Source of the DNA: Escherichia phage 241Ecol014PP
Reading direction: 5' to 3' (one strand)
Sequence record: OR062943.1
Length of the DNA stretch: 64,000 nucleotides
The notes under the pieces: generated by a model
Seen by the model: the letters and a program-made list of their open reading frames with translations, nothing else
Told to the model about the DNA's origin: nothing
Database searches by the model: none
Program-made: the position numbers and the translations under genes
Shown here: positions 1 through 9,830 of the stretch, one piece after another
Numbering within the stretch: the first letter of the stretch is position 1
Layout of the letters: each line of letters begins with the position of its first letter

Positions 1-477
1 TGGTATGGTAGCATTTTTGCGGCCCTGTTTACATTCAGTAATGTATGTATGACCCTTGTTGTGTGGGCGTTTAGACGTCTAGACGGTTGGAAGTCTACAG
101 GTCAATATCTAATCTATTGGCTGCTAACTATATCCCACACAAATAGTAAGAAATATGATTGTTATATGCGTAAACTGTAACTCATGTTATCAATCCCTGT
201 ATGTATCGCCAGTGGTGCGCATAATGGGTATTATGTTAAATTGCCCGTAATGATAACTATTCTCACAATGATAGGTATTCTCATTCACCCCACAAGATAG
301 GTTGCAAATGTTGTGCCACTGTGTGAACGGCCTAGCCTATTAATTTGCCTCACTGCCTTGATATTTGAGAATTGTTATAAGAATGAGAAGTATTCCCATT
401 TCGTCCGCCTGGCAGCACTCCAGTCGCTACGGCTCATGACAAGGCAGAACTGGACCTGTTCAGATATTTCTGGCTGA

Positions 478-1036
478 CTCTTCAGGTCTGTGTGGGAAAA
501 GCCAACCTCTCCGGCGGGGCAGGGGGTCATGACGGGAAAATTGCAGGTCAATTAAAAAATTTACGTGGTGTATGAAGCGCTCTTCAGGTAAGGCATATAT
601 TATGGGATGAAACCCTCTTCAGGCAATGATATTTGTGGGTGTGATATTTGCTGGAAAGCCAGATATGACGGGACTCCCGGCGGGGCAGGGGTAGTACAGA
701 CAGGGAAAATATGAGGATGTAGTTGGGGAAATTGATCAGACAGGTAGAGTATGGAATATGTTACAAGTATGTTAAATATGGAGGTTGAATATCTGTAGGA
801 TTTGTGTGTAAAATCAAAGACTTAAGGGGTGTTGTGGTATTTTCTATAAATAATTCAAGTTTAATAGGCAATATTTGTCTCTATCCGCTTTGTGTGGTAA
901 ACAGATTCAGATTAGATTGGTTTACAAGTGTATACATAATATACAAATTAAAGATACAAGAAACCCCCCTCCCCCTTCGGCTACCATTCACCTTTTCCTC
1001 TGACTGGTACTTAAACACTTATTCAGACTCTTCAGG
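478..1036. repeat. Dispersed 9-bp repeat CTCTTCAGG, 4 copies (478-486, 580-588, 615-623, 1028-1036) in ORF-poor region
   Basis: Direct reading; no ORF longer than 86 aa in 1-1300. Confidence 0.5.
505..715. repeat. Two copies of composite element CCGGCGGGGCAGGGG (511-525, 677-690) with ATGACGGGA (526-536, 663-673) in rearranged order
   Basis: Direct reading of both copies. Confidence 0.5.
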
Positions 1037-1386
1037 TTATCACCCATATATCATATGGCAGTGACTGGTGTCCTCCGGCCCCTCTTTCGTCACCCGTCCG
1101 CTTCGCCATGCTAATGCCATAGCCAATGGTTCGGTTGTTCACCCTGTTCACTCAGGTGTATCTCCATACCCCTTCAAACCGAAGAGAACAGAAAACCCGA
1201 ATTACTCGGTAAAAGAAAAGAGAAGAACTTAATTTTATCAGGATAGGCAAGAATGTCAAGGCATGACTGCTCACTAAACAAGCAAACAGTCATGTGTGGG
1301 AGGTAAGTGATTGTGGTGGTAGGAAATTTAGTTGAAAGATGTGTTATAGGTGCTTCCAGCACTTTAGCCGGGCAGCTAATTGTGTG

Positions 1387-1602
1387 TCAGTCCAGCGGTT
1401 CATCCTCTACTTCACTGAAATCAATATTCATGGTCTCTTCCCAACCATCGATCTCAGCACAAGAGTGGAGTTCTTTAGGGTTTACTCCCAAAGCCTCAGC
1501 AACAGAGTCTATATTTAACACCTCTGGCAGGTATGATTCATCGAATTCAAGGTAAATCAGGCCACGAGTGTTGTCAGCCCCACCAAATATTTCTATCTTC
1601 AT
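1387..1602 (-). CDS. hypothetical small acidic protein
   Basis: ORF track; same strand as adjacent leftward gene block. Confidence 0.4.
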   Translation of the reverse strand: MKIEIFGGADNTRGLIYLEFDESYLPEVLNIDSVAEALGVNPKELHSCAEIDGWEETMNIDFSEVEDEPLD

Positions 1603-1723
1603 AAAATCTCCTCTGGGAATGAGAGTGTGAACAGGGTTTTATACGTTCCAATGCACAAGAATTATACACGTTTGCCTCTTCAGGCCATGCTTTAGCATGA
1701 GGAACCTGTGCGGGCTCGGTGCT

Positions 1724-2137
1724 TCATAGTCTACCACCTCTGAACTCTTCGTGCTCAGGCATAATAGAGAACCAGATATCTACGATGTCTCCCCACGTCA
1801 GGTCATCAGCCTCAGGATCTACCTGGAACGAAGATGGAGAATCTTCAGAATCGAAGTTTTCCTCTTTCACTGGCTCAGCCAAGGGACAGATGGTCACTCC
1901 TTTGGATGTCTCTTCAGATGCATGTGTGTTGATCATGTTCCACCCGTGAGTATTCCGGCAACAGCTGCTATGGACGTAATGATCATCAGGATCACCACCA
2001 AAACCTCTGACAATGTTTTCATTGTGTATCCCATATTCTCCAAATGATGTGTGGACACTATCACGGGAGCGGTAATGTGTCAACAGAAACGCCGCGAGGG
2101 TTTGGTTAAAATCCGAGCGTATGGTGATTTGGGTCAA
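1724..2137 (-). CDS. hypothetical protein
   Basis: ORF track; overlapping plus-strand ORFs judged spurious. Confidence 0.4.
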   Translation of the reverse strand: MTQITIRSDFNQTLAAFLLTHYRSRDSVHTSFGEYGIHNENIVRGFGGDPDDHYVHSSCCRNTHGWNMINTHASEETSKGVTICPLAEPVKEENFDSEDSPSSFQVDPEADDLTWGDIVDIWFSIMPEHEEFRGGRL

Positions 2138-2296
2138 AACGGACGTGCGTTCTCGCTACGCTCGAAAGAGAGATTTGTTTGTAGGAAGCTCTTAAACGCT
2201 CTGTAACGAGATTATTTGTCCAAGGTATGCAATCGTGCACCAGATAAAGAAAAGGACGCCACAGAGCGTCCTAGGTGTCTTAAATTTGATATTTTG

Positions 2297-2608
2297 CTAT
2301 ACCCATGAGGGCTTATCAAGGTTGGAGTAGCTGAAAGGTGTCAAAAGGTGACTGTCAAAATCCCTCAAACTATCCAAATCTTTCTCCTCGTCCTGACACC
2401 ATCTGTGCCTACATTTATTGTTGTAGTGCATAGAATGCATAGCGTTCTGCAATTTAACAGGCACAAGTGATTCAGGAGTAGATAGTATTGTTGGGTATGC
2501 CAGAACCACCTCAAACAGTGGAAACACATCGAAACTAAAGTCTACCTCTGCAGATGTTGATGGCATATAGGAGTATTTAGCCGCCTTTGTAGACATAGTC
2601 CACCTCAC
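2297..2608 (-). CDS. hypothetical protein
   Basis: ORF track; 4-nt overlap with next gene. Confidence 0.4.
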   Translation of the reverse strand: MRWTMSTKAAKYSYMPSTSAEVDFSFDVFPLFEVVLAYPTILSTPESLVPVKLQNAMHSMHYNNKCRHRWCQDEEKDLDSLRDFDSHLLTPFSYSNLDKPSWV

Positions 2609-2931
2609 ACAGGTTTGATAATACCTTTACCGAATAACTCTTCGTATCTAATCTTATCCGGATCCCACTCCTGGATAATTTCGAAGACAATGTCCAACCC
2701 TGGGATAATCACCTCTCCAGTGTCAAGTTTGGCAAGAACAAAACCAGAAGGCTGAATGGTTTCCCAGTTGCGACGATTGGAATAGAAGACCTCGAAAATA
2801 TCACCGACCTCGATCTGTTGATCAAGATGTTCAAGATTCTCTTTCATACGGACGCAGCGTATTTTTCGTGCAGGCCATAGACCGCCTGCATCACGTTCAT
2901 TCAATTCTTTTACAGTGATCGGCATACCCAT
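2605..2931 (-). CDS. hypothetical protein
   Basis: ORF track; tight packing. Confidence 0.45.
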   Translation of the reverse strand: MGMPITVKELNERDAGGLWPARKIRCVRMKENLEHLDQQIEVGDIFEVFYSNRRNWETIQPSGFVLAKLDTGEVIIPGLDIVFEIIQEWDPDKIRYEELFGKGIIKPV

Positions 2932-2987
2932 CTCAAATCTCCTTCATAGATAGTAAAAAAGAGGGGCCCAAGCCCCCCTCTTTGTCA

Positions 2988-3293
2988 TTATTCTACAGAG
3001 CGTTTGAACAGAATGTCTGCCTCAGACATGTGCTCAACCTCTTCTTCGATTTTAGCTCGACGTTTTTCAGCCTCATAGCGAATATCGAACTCGGTAGCCA
3101 CCAGAGATTTGATGAATTTAGGAGAATACAGATGATCCTGCTTCTCAACGAGAATGATATCTTTAATGGCATCTTTCAGATCTTTAATCTGAAGTTGGAG
3201 TTCCACCAGTTCTTCGATTGTTTTGCGAAGGCGATCACGCTCTGCAGTGTCAGAAGGAAGAGAGGTGAACAGTTCAACTTTAGATTTAGCCAT
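2988..3293 (-). CDS. hypothetical coiled-coil protein
   Basis: ORF track; charged heptad-like composition. Confidence 0.45.
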   Translation of the reverse strand: MAKSKVELFTSLPSDTAERDRLRKTIEELVELQLQIKDLKDAIKDIILVEKQDHLYSPKFIKSLVATEFDIRYEAEKRRAKIEEEVEHMSEADILFKRSVE

Positions 3294-3321
3294 AGTAGGA
3301 GTCTCCTTATGTTGTTTTAAA

Positions 3322-3639
3322 TTAACGTTCTACAAAAATACCGTTCAGTTCAATAACCAGGAATTTCTGGTCTTCACTATCGTCTCGTGCCAGCACCTCA
3401 CAGACGTATCGGTCATCTCCATCATCATCGCAGTCAAATACAAGACTGAGGACTTTATCATGATAAACCTTCGCCACTACCGCCTCGTAAGTATTGCCGA
3501 TTGTGAATCCAAGATAATCTCCGATGCATTTGACAACAACATGGTCGCCAGCATTCAAGTCAATCTTCGTCATTACTGCGCTCCTTGGGTAATAATACTG
3601 TATGTAAAACTTTAACCAGAGATGTGAATAACGCCCCAA
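3322..3639 (-). CDS. hypothetical protein
   Basis: ORF track. Confidence 0.45.
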   Translation of the reverse strand: MGRYSHLWLKFYIQYYYPRSAVMTKIDLNAGDHVVVKCIGDYLGFTIGNTYEAVVAKVYHDKVLSLVFDCDDDGDDRYVCEVLARDDSEDQKFLVIELNGIFVER

Positions 3640-3728
3640 AACACACTGATAGCGCTAAAACAGACAAGGCCATCATGAAAGCTTCAGTAAAATCAGTCAT
3701 TCCTCACCTCTTGTCAGTCACTATACTA

Positions 3729-3992
3729 TCATTTATCCTTTCCGTCAAGAACTTTTTTAAATCTTTCAGGGATATCGCCTGTTCTTAGATAGTTCATGAC
3801 CTCGCAAGGTTCCCACTTGAATTTCTTACAGAGCAGGGCGGCTGAGATTGTTTCATTGCGAAAAGAAAGGATATTAATATCCCACTCTGAGAACCCCAAC
3901 TTCCGAAGGGTAGCTATAGAAATCCTCACCGCAACCCAGCAGCAAAAACATGCAACAAACGCCGCTGCTACAACCCCCATCAGGATGTTCAT
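3729..3992 (-). CDS. small membrane protein (hydrophobic N-terminal segments)
   Basis: ORF track; MNILMGVVAAAFVACFCCWVAV hydrophobic stretch. Confidence 0.4.
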   Translation of the reverse strand: MNILMGVVAAAFVACFCCWVAVRISIATLRKLGFSEWDINILSFRNETISAALLCKKFKWEPCEVMNYLRTGDIPERFKKVLDGKDK

Positions 3993-4081
3993 ACAAGCAC
4001 CTTACTGAAATACAAGACACAGTGTTAAGGTTACTGACCAGCAAATAATTAACAGAACTGTTGCAACCTTGGCAAGATTTA

Positions 4082-4369
4082 TCATAGTGCCTCTAAGATT
4101 TCATATCCATCTGGTCGGAATACAAGCCACTCCGTGGCTCCGTTTGGTCGATACGCTTTATACAGAACAACCTGATCTCGGCACATGCACATAGCTACAT
4201 AGTTTTCATCCACACCTGCAGCCTGCATTGCAGCTTCTTCTCCGGCAACTGCTTTGCTTACAACCTCCTTGGTAGGCAGGTGTGCGATCAGCTCGTCACC
4301 ATCATTAATTCCAAAATGGCTGAGCTCCCCATTGGTATCTTTAATCTTAATCTTAACCAGATCTTTCAT
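4082..4369 (-). CDS. hypothetical protein
   Basis: ORF track; adjacent stop/start with next gene. Confidence 0.45.
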   Translation of the reverse strand: MKDLVKIKIKDTNGELSHFGINDGDELIAHLPTKEVVSKAVAGEEAAMQAAGVDENYVAMCMCRDQVVLYKAYRPNGATEWLVFRPDGYEILEAL

Positions 4370-4698
4370 TAGTTTTTCTCCAGGTTCAAAGGCCCTAAGA
4401 TTTCATATGCCAGATTAGAAGTTACCAGAGGATCTTCTGCATCTTTAGTATTATACCACCCGTGAATAACCAGAGTCCCACTTTGCTTCATGTCTAACTG
4501 GAACTGTTCTGCCGTTTCCTCATCCATCTCCAAGAGTTCCATAAGGTATTTGATGTTAGGAAGGTATGCAGCTGTTACAGTCCCCTCTACCAGACCTTCG
4601 GGCCAACCTACATCCGGATGACAAGCAGGAACCAGAGAGGTCAGCTTGATAGTGTATGCTTTTTCTGCACGAGCCTTCAGTAACGGGTCAATCTTCAT
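4369..4698 (-). CDS. hypothetical protein
   Basis: ORF track. Confidence 0.45.
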   Translation of the reverse strand: MKIDPLLKARAEKAYTIKLTSLVPACHPDVGWPEGLVEGTVTAAYLPNIKYLMELLEMDEETAEQFQLDMKQSGTLVIHGWYNTKDAEDPLVTSNLAYEILGPLNLEKN

Positions 4699-5048
4699 TA
4701 TTCGTCCTCCTCTTCGGTGCCTGCTTCCAGTAATAAGTTAAGAATATCTTCTGCACAAGGCTCATAGAACTCTTGGCCTTCATTATCGATGATTTTGTAG
4801 TCATCTCCACGAATAATCAGGGGATCACTCTCAAAATTATCGAGACCTTTAACAACGACAACACGATCGATTGCCATCATTGTAAGAACTTTATCGACAT
4901 TTTCCTCTGCTACACCATACTGCAGCAGAATGTCTTTGGTAGGAGGAACAGCATCCACCACAACTCCGTTGCCAAAACCTTCCGGAAGTTTAGCTAAAAT
5001 ATCTTCCGGAACCACATCCACATCAAAACCGGTAATTTCTACTTTCAT
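4698..5048 (-). CDS. hypothetical acidic protein
   Basis: ORF track. Confidence 0.45.
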   Translation of the reverse strand: MKVEITGFDVDVVPEDILAKLPEGFGNGVVVDAVPPTKDILLQYGVAEENVDKVLTMMAIDRVVVVKGLDNFESDPLIIRGDDYKIIDNEGQEFYEPCAEDILNLLLEAGTEEEDE

Positions 5049-5309
5049 TTACAGCACCTCTTCGTCAACTACTTCATAAAAATGGCCTGGGATTGCAATA
5101 GCGTTCTCACCTTCACCTACAAACACAGTTCCGTCAAGAATCAACATCATAAGAATTTCTGGAATATCCTCTTCCGGAACGTTGCCAAAACCTTTAATCA
5201 GCTCGTAGGTTGGAAGATTTACCTCTAAGATATCACCATCTTTAGAACGGAAATCAACACCGTCCTGAATCTCTGCCGTTTCAAGGTTTTTCAATTTAAT
5301 CTTCATCAA
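5049..5309 (-). CDS. hypothetical protein
   Basis: ORF track. Confidence 0.45.
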   Translation of the reverse strand: MMKIKLKNLETAEIQDGVDFRSKDGDILEVNLPTYELIKGFGNVPEEDIPEILMMLILDGTVFVGEGENAIAIPGHFYEVVDEEVL

Positions 5310-5385
5310 TCAGTCTCCTGTCTTGTTAAGATGAAGGTATTATTTCACACAGGGTTGGTGTTGTCAACACCTGTGTGCAAGAAAA

Positions 5386-5781
5386 TTACTGAAACAGTGC
5401 GGATAAATTACCTTCTGGTGGGAACTTATCTGCCAAAAACGGTGTTAACACAGTAGCCTTCTGAAGATCTGGGGTCCACTCGTTGTTCAGAACATCCCAG
5501 TAGTACGCAATATTGCTGTGTGGGTGCCGCATTACGAACTTTTTCCCTTCGTAGTCATCTGAAACCTCTACAGAAGAAATAACAACAGAATCTTCAAGGG
5601 TTTCTTCATAGAAAGATCCACCTTCAAATTTCCAACGAGATGCAAGAGCCCCTGCCTTGAACGCTGCAGATAACGGACTGTCGGCAAGAACATACATTTC
5701 TTGCACTCTGTCGCTGCGATCTTTGCTTCTTACGTTGTATACAGTATCTGAGCTATACTCAACACGGTATAGGCTTACCAT
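5386..5781 (-). CDS. hypothetical protein, paralog of 7593-8003
   Basis: Shared motif HPHSNIAYYWDVLNNEWTP vs HPDSRVKHYWNARTKTWTP. Confidence 0.5.
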   Translation of the reverse strand: MVSLYRVEYSSDTVYNVRSKDRSDRVQEMYVLADSPLSAAFKAGALASRWKFEGGSFYEETLEDSVVISSVEVSDDYEGKKFVMRHPHSNIAYYWDVLNNEWTPDLQKATVLTPFLADKFPPEGNLSALFQ

Positions 5782-6140
5782 TACCGCACCTCCTCAATAA
5801 CTTCCACATCTGAACCCACCACAAATGCAAAAGGACAGGTTTCATGAAAGACATCCGGATCGCCACCGAGCTTGCTAACAATTTCTCCACCACTAATAAA
5901 TACAAGCTCACCGATATTCATCAGGTTGCTGAAATAGTACCCATAATGATTAAAGAATGCAGCAGGGTCAGGTAGACTAGTAGCCTCAAGCACTACATCG
6001 GTTGAGGTTACTTTCTTATCATAACCTCTCGCCTTTTGAGATGCAAGATCTGCAGAATCCTCAGGAGACCGGAGATGCACAGGAATTGTTTCACCAATAA
6101 AGCGTACTTTCATATTATCACCCAACAACCATAGCTTCAA
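5781..6140 (-). CDS. hypothetical protein
   Basis: ORF track. Confidence 0.45.
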   Translation of the reverse strand: MKLWLLGDNMKVRFIGETIPVHLRSPEDSADLASQKARGYDKKVTSTDVVLEATSLPDPAAFFNHYGYYFSNLMNIGELVFISGGEIVSKLGGDPDVFHETCPFAFVVGSDVEVIEEVR

Positions 6141-6381
6141 AAGGAGTCATGAACGAATAAACGGCATCATCATCTGCTTCAGGGAATGCTCCCAAAGACT
6201 TCATGTCTGAGCCCTTGACAAATACAAGGTTTTGATCAAAAGCTTCTTGGGGGTCAATCCGATACATATTTCGTAGAATATCGCTTACCTCCTCATCAAG
6301 AGGTGAGTATGCTGTGCACGTTTTTCCGATCAAGCTTTGAGAATCAGGGTAGCCACCTGAAGTTTTAAAATAAACAATCAT
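6118..6381 (-). CDS. hypothetical protein
   Basis: ORF track. Confidence 0.4.
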   Translation of the reverse strand: MIVYFKTSGGYPDSQSLIGKTCTAYSPLDEEVSDILRNMYRIDPQEAFDQNLVFVKGSDMKSLGAFPEADDDAVYSFMTPFEAMVVG

Positions 6382-6472
6382 ATAGTATCACCTCTGGTAA
6401 GAGATTGGGATTCCTTTCCCATAAATAATTACAAATCTTCCTTAGCGAGGAAGTATGCTAATCCAAGCAGGA

Positions 6473-6742
6473 TTATTCCTCTACAATCTCATACACATCA
6501 GGAGTTACAATCAACTCTTCTCCGTTACCCGGTGCAACAAACACCACCAAACCTTCAGGTGTGTGCTTTTTAGCCATCTCGATAACATCTTCTCGCAGAG
6601 CTGGCTCCATCAGATCAAAACCTTCACCCAGGGCATCACGAACCACCTTCATATAGTCCACTGGTTGTGCTTCAACAATCATGCCTTCAACCAGTCCACA
6701 GTTTTTGTCTGCCAGCTCAGTTTTGAATAATTTAATTTTCAT
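6473..6742 (-). CDS. hypothetical protein
   Basis: ORF track. Confidence 0.45.
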   Translation of the reverse strand: MKIKLFKTELADKNCGLVEGMIVEAQPVDYMKVVRDALGEGFDLMEPALREDVIEMAKKHTPEGLVVFVAPGNGEELIVTPDVYEIVEE

Positions 6743-6879
6743 TTAGAGGTCTCCTCAATTATTTGATATTAATAGCCGTAACCTAACACATTAACTACAA
6801 CTGCGATTGCAAACATAATTTCAAAGCATGCAATCTCTACATTTGGGACTAATTTCTTAATCACGCCCATTGTAGCACC

Positions 6880-7197
6880 TCATTCTCCAAAGTCAATCTT
6901 TACTTTGCCTTTCCCCTTACCTTTCTTTCCACTACATTTAGCCAACTGACGTGCTGCAACATCTACCATACGGTCAGTTGCCTCGTAAGCATCACTGCCT
7001 TTAGCTTTGGCAATAACTTCTTTTCCAGAATTGTCAAAAATGAACGCCATAACTTCCTGGTGATCATTTTCAACTTTTACACTCACACGTGCATAGTTGG
7101 CAGAGGGGTGCAAACGCTCCAGCTTAGACATTTTGTGAGAAATGAAAGACACCATACCTTCAGTGATTTCTACGTTGCCAGTGATTTCAATTTGCAT
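6880..7197 (-). CDS. hpf: ribosome hibernation promoting factor / RaiA (S30EA) family homolog
   Basis: MQIEITGNVEITEG...KLE...VKVE...ARQLAK matches recalled E. coli HPF (MQLNITGNNVEITEA...ARQLTK); lysine/glycine-rich tail. Confidence 0.65.
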   Translation of the reverse strand: MQIEITGNVEITEGMVSFISHKMSKLERLHPSANYARVSVKVENDHQEVMAFIFDNSGKEVIAKAKGSDAYEATDRMVDVAARQLAKCSGKKGKGKGKVKIDFGE

Positions 7198-7249
7198 AAC
7201 GTGTTCCTTTTAAAGAAGAGAGAATAACAACCATCTCTCTTTGAAAACA

Positions 7250-7278
7250 ATAATACTATAGCTGAAGCGTTGTGTCAA
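7250..7278 (-). promoter_or_regulatory. sigma70-like promoter (minus strand): TTGACA-17-TATTAT upstream of hpf-like gene
   Basis: Reverse complement of 7250-7278 reads TTGACAcaacgcttcagctatagTATTAT. Confidence 0.45.
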
Positions 7279-7284
7279 CAGTTT

Positions 7285-7575
7285 TTACAGGTTGTTGTCA
7301 ATAGTATCTAAAATAGCTACAGCAAGATCTGCCATTTTTCGAACATACTCTGCAAACTCAACAGGATCCTTGATCAAAGAATTCACAGGGTCGTACCCTA
7401 GAGCGTTCAAAATGGCTGCAGCATCTACAACCTTCTCATCATTTGCGAAGATCTCTCCATCAAACTTGTAGGTCCATTTTGAGTCAATCTTGGCAGGGAA
7501 GGATTGGTCAACACTTGTTACACCATCGTCTTTAAACTCTCCTGCGTTATCAATATTCAGAACTAAATCCATCAT
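7285..7575 (-). CDS. hypothetical protein
   Basis: ORF track. Confidence 0.45.
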   Translation of the reverse strand: MMDLVLNIDNAGEFKDDGVTSVDQSFPAKIDSKWTYKFDGEIFANDEKVVDAAAILNALGYDPVNSLIKDPVEFAEYVRKMADLAVAILDTIDNNL

Positions 7576-7592
7576 AGTGGCACCTCACTGTT

Positions 7593-8003
7593 TCAGTTTA
7601 GCTTTTCTTCAACAACCCCATAACTTGGGGCAGAGTCAAGAGCTTTCTGGTTTAAAAGTGGTGTAGCAGAATCTGCAAACGGTGTCCAAGTTTTTGTTCT
7701 GGCATTCCAGTAATGCTTCACTCTAGAATCTGGGTGCACTATAACAAAAACTTTTTCACTTGTCAACACATTAATTTCTTCCACACCTTTGCTGATAATT
7801 TCTCCGTCATATCCTCCGGTCTGGTATCCTTCGTACCAGGTTCTTGCATAGGCATAGCCAGCCTGCCAGCATGCAGCCTCCTCCGAGGTGGAGACTACGT
7901 AGAAGTCTTTCTCAAATTCTGGGATACGCCCTTGCTTTACGCTCCAAGTTCCGCGAATTTTCATTGTAACTTTGAACAGTTTATTTTTCACAACGGTTAC
8001 CAA
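7593..8003 (-). CDS. hypothetical protein, paralog of 5386-5781
   Basis: Shared C-terminal motif with 5386-5781. Confidence 0.5.
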   Translation of the reverse strand: MVTVVKNKLFKVTMKIRGTWSVKQGRIPEFEKDFYVVSTSEEAACWQAGYAYARTWYEGYQTGGYDGEIISKGVEEINVLTSEKVFVIVHPDSRVKHYWNARTKTWTPFADSATPLLNQKALDSAPSYGVVEEKLN

Positions 8004-8258
8004 TCACAGCTCTACAATATCTGCATCTGACCCTGCCCCAAAGGCATAATAGGACTCTTCCCCGAAATAATATTCCGGTGCACCAGCAGCGATCAGGTCT
8101 GATCCCAAGATAAACACCACGTTGTGGCCTACATAACTGTGATGTTGCCGCACAGGATCATCCCACGGCAACCCTTCAAAGTATACCGCAGGAACGACCT
8201 TTCCATTCAGGAAGGATTGTCCCAAGTAGACGTTAGAATCAAGAATTTTAACCTTCAT
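8004..8258 (-). CDS. hypothetical protein, MKVK-LD / DLIAAGA family member 1
   Basis: MKVKILDSNVYLGQ...GSDLIAAGAPE. Confidence 0.5.
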   Translation of the reverse strand: MKVKILDSNVYLGQSFLNGKVVPAVYFEGLPWDDPVRQHHSYVGHNVVFILGSDLIAAGAPEYYFGEESYYAFGAGSDADIVEL

Positions 8259-8475
8259 GATCGTCCTCCACTATCTCTACATCCTCACCTAGGGCAAAGT
8301 TGTAGGTCCACTGACTGTCAAAGCATTCCTGAGATGCACCAGCGGCAATAAGATCTGCCCCTTTTATTTTTAAAAGGTCAGGGTAATATTCGTTAGGGAC
8401 AGCAGTAAACACTTTCCCTACTAAAGGCTCCTGACCAATATAGAAGCTTGAATCTAAAACTTTAACTTTCATCAA
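8248..8475 (-). CDS. hypothetical protein, MKVK-LD / DLIAAGA family member 2 (tandem duplicate)
   Basis: MMKVKVLDSSFYIGQ...GADLIAAGAS. Confidence 0.5.
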   Translation of the reverse strand: MMKVKVLDSSFYIGQEPLVGKVFTAVPNEYYPDLLKIKGADLIAAGASQECFDSQWTYNFALGEDVEIVEDDHEG

Positions 8476-8759
8476 CGGTCTCCATCAGGTGGTTGTGGGA
8501 CGTAAACACTGTTACGAATATCGTCCGCAGTATAGTAATAAGTGTCTCCAACCCTGTCTCGGGCTGCAATGTACTCTGCTATACCAATAAGTGCCATTGA
8601 TTTGGTGGCGTATCTTCCCAACTCGTTAGCTCCCCAGTAGAATTTAGACCAGTAGGGAATAAGACCGAACAAATATACCTTTTGACGAACTTCCCAGTAA
8701 GTGCCTTTTCCGACAAGTTTAAACTCTACTTCACTACTGTTAATCTTTTTCATTATCAA
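8472..8759 (-). CDS. hypothetical protein
   Basis: ORF track. Confidence 0.45.
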   Translation of the reverse strand: MIMKKINSSEVEFKLVGKGTYWEVRQKVYLFGLIPYWSKFYWGANELGRYATKSMALIGIAEYIAARDRVGDTYYYTADDIRNSVYVPQPPDGDR

Positions 8760-9052
8760 TCTCCCTCTACCGTGGTCGGATTGTCAGTAAGAAATTGAGC
8801 ATTGGCTGGAGGCACGCCTGACATTTTCCACACAACCATAAGTTTGTAACCAGGCACTCTATTAAGTGCAGATCGAGTAGAGTTTGTGCACGTATACTTT
8901 CGCTTTCCAAACCCGTTCTCCATCATAATCCAGTACCCAGTATCTTTGTCACCAGGTATCGGTAGACCACCTTCATCAACCCACTGAATGGACCACGGCA
9001 CGATGGCTACAGCTTTATATTTAAACTTTTTAAACCACTCAAAAAGTTTCAT
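8756..9052 (-). CDS. hypothetical protein
   Basis: ORF track. Confidence 0.45.
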   Translation of the reverse strand: MKLFEWFKKFKYKAVAIVPWSIQWVDEGGLPIPGDKDTGYWIMMENGFGKRKYTCTNSTRSALNRVPGYKLMVVWKMSGVPPANAQFLTDNPTTVEGD

Positions 9053-9147
9053 AATTCAGCCTCGCATAGACATAATCACTATAAACAGGCAAACAATGAA
9101 TCCGAATGCCACGCCACCCATAAACGTTAATATTGATGCAATCATAG

Positions 9148-9333
9148 TCAATCAGCCTCGCTTGGCAACTCTTCTACCTTAACATGCCGAAAAGTGTTAC
9201 CGTAATGGTTGATCCATGACATCAGCTCGCTTTCTTGCTCTTCCTCTGGGATGAACTCTCGAATGCTGACAAGTTTTAAGAAAACCCAATCACAATCTGC
9301 ACCCATTCTACCAGACAGGCAATAGTGCTTCAT
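9148..9333 (-). CDS. hypothetical small protein
   Basis: ORF track. Confidence 0.35.
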   Translation of the reverse strand: MKHYCLSGRMGADCDWVFLKLVSIREFIPEEEQESELMSWINHYGNTFRHVKVEELPSEAD

Positions 9334-9351
9334 AAAACCCTCCCACCTGGT

Positions 9352-9546
9352 TTAGAATATTGCTTCTTCCATTGCACCTGAGAGCAACAAAGAGGTGATC
9401 TGGCTAACATTCATCTCAGACTCTACTTCCTCCCCTTTGAAAGGTTCGCGGCAGAATAGGACTGTTTCAGGACTTTTACTTCGAACAATATAATACAAAT
9501 CATTCAATGTGTTGTAGTAATAAGTGTTAAAACGTAAGTTTTTCAT
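9352..9546 (-). CDS. hypothetical small protein
   Basis: ORF track. Confidence 0.35.
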   Translation of the reverse strand: MKNLRFNTYYYNTLNDLYYIVRSKSPETVLFCREPFKGEEVESEMNVSQITSLLLSGAMEEAIF

Positions 9547-9830
9547 TTTCTAGTCCTCTTCTTAGATTTTTGGGGAGAAACGCTTTCTGCAATACGAGAC
9601 AGACGTTCTTCTGAAGCCTTACCTACTCCAGGTTTTTTGAGTGGATTATCTTTATGACCACAATCCAACTGGATATTGGATACCTCTCCAACTTTGTAAG
9701 TCAATTCTAGCAAAAGGTTGTCGTCCTTGTCAAATGTTTTTACGATAAATTTTTTATCGTTCTCCTGAACTTCATATCTGGTACCTGCAGTATACAGCAT
9801 GGTGCCATCAGCATAGGATATCCAGATCAT
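9543..9830 (-). CDS. hypothetical protein with basic C-terminus
   Basis: ORF track. Confidence 0.4.
   Translation of the reverse strand: MIWISYADGTMLYTAGTRYEVQENDKKFIVKTFDKDDNLLLELTYKVGEVSNIQLDCGHKDNPLKKPGVGKASEERLSRIAESVSPQKSKKRTRK

Noticed and set aside
1-1300. rRNA or large structured RNA in the ORF-poor first 1.3 kb
   Set aside because: No recognisable rRNA or tRNA motifs; composition and repeats fit a regulatory or terminal region better
6880-7197. HPF-like ORF as just another member of the MK-(I/V)-(E/K)-I small-protein family
   Set aside because: Similarity to HPF extends across the whole protein, including the ARQL-K block, not just the N-terminal beta-strand shared with neighbours
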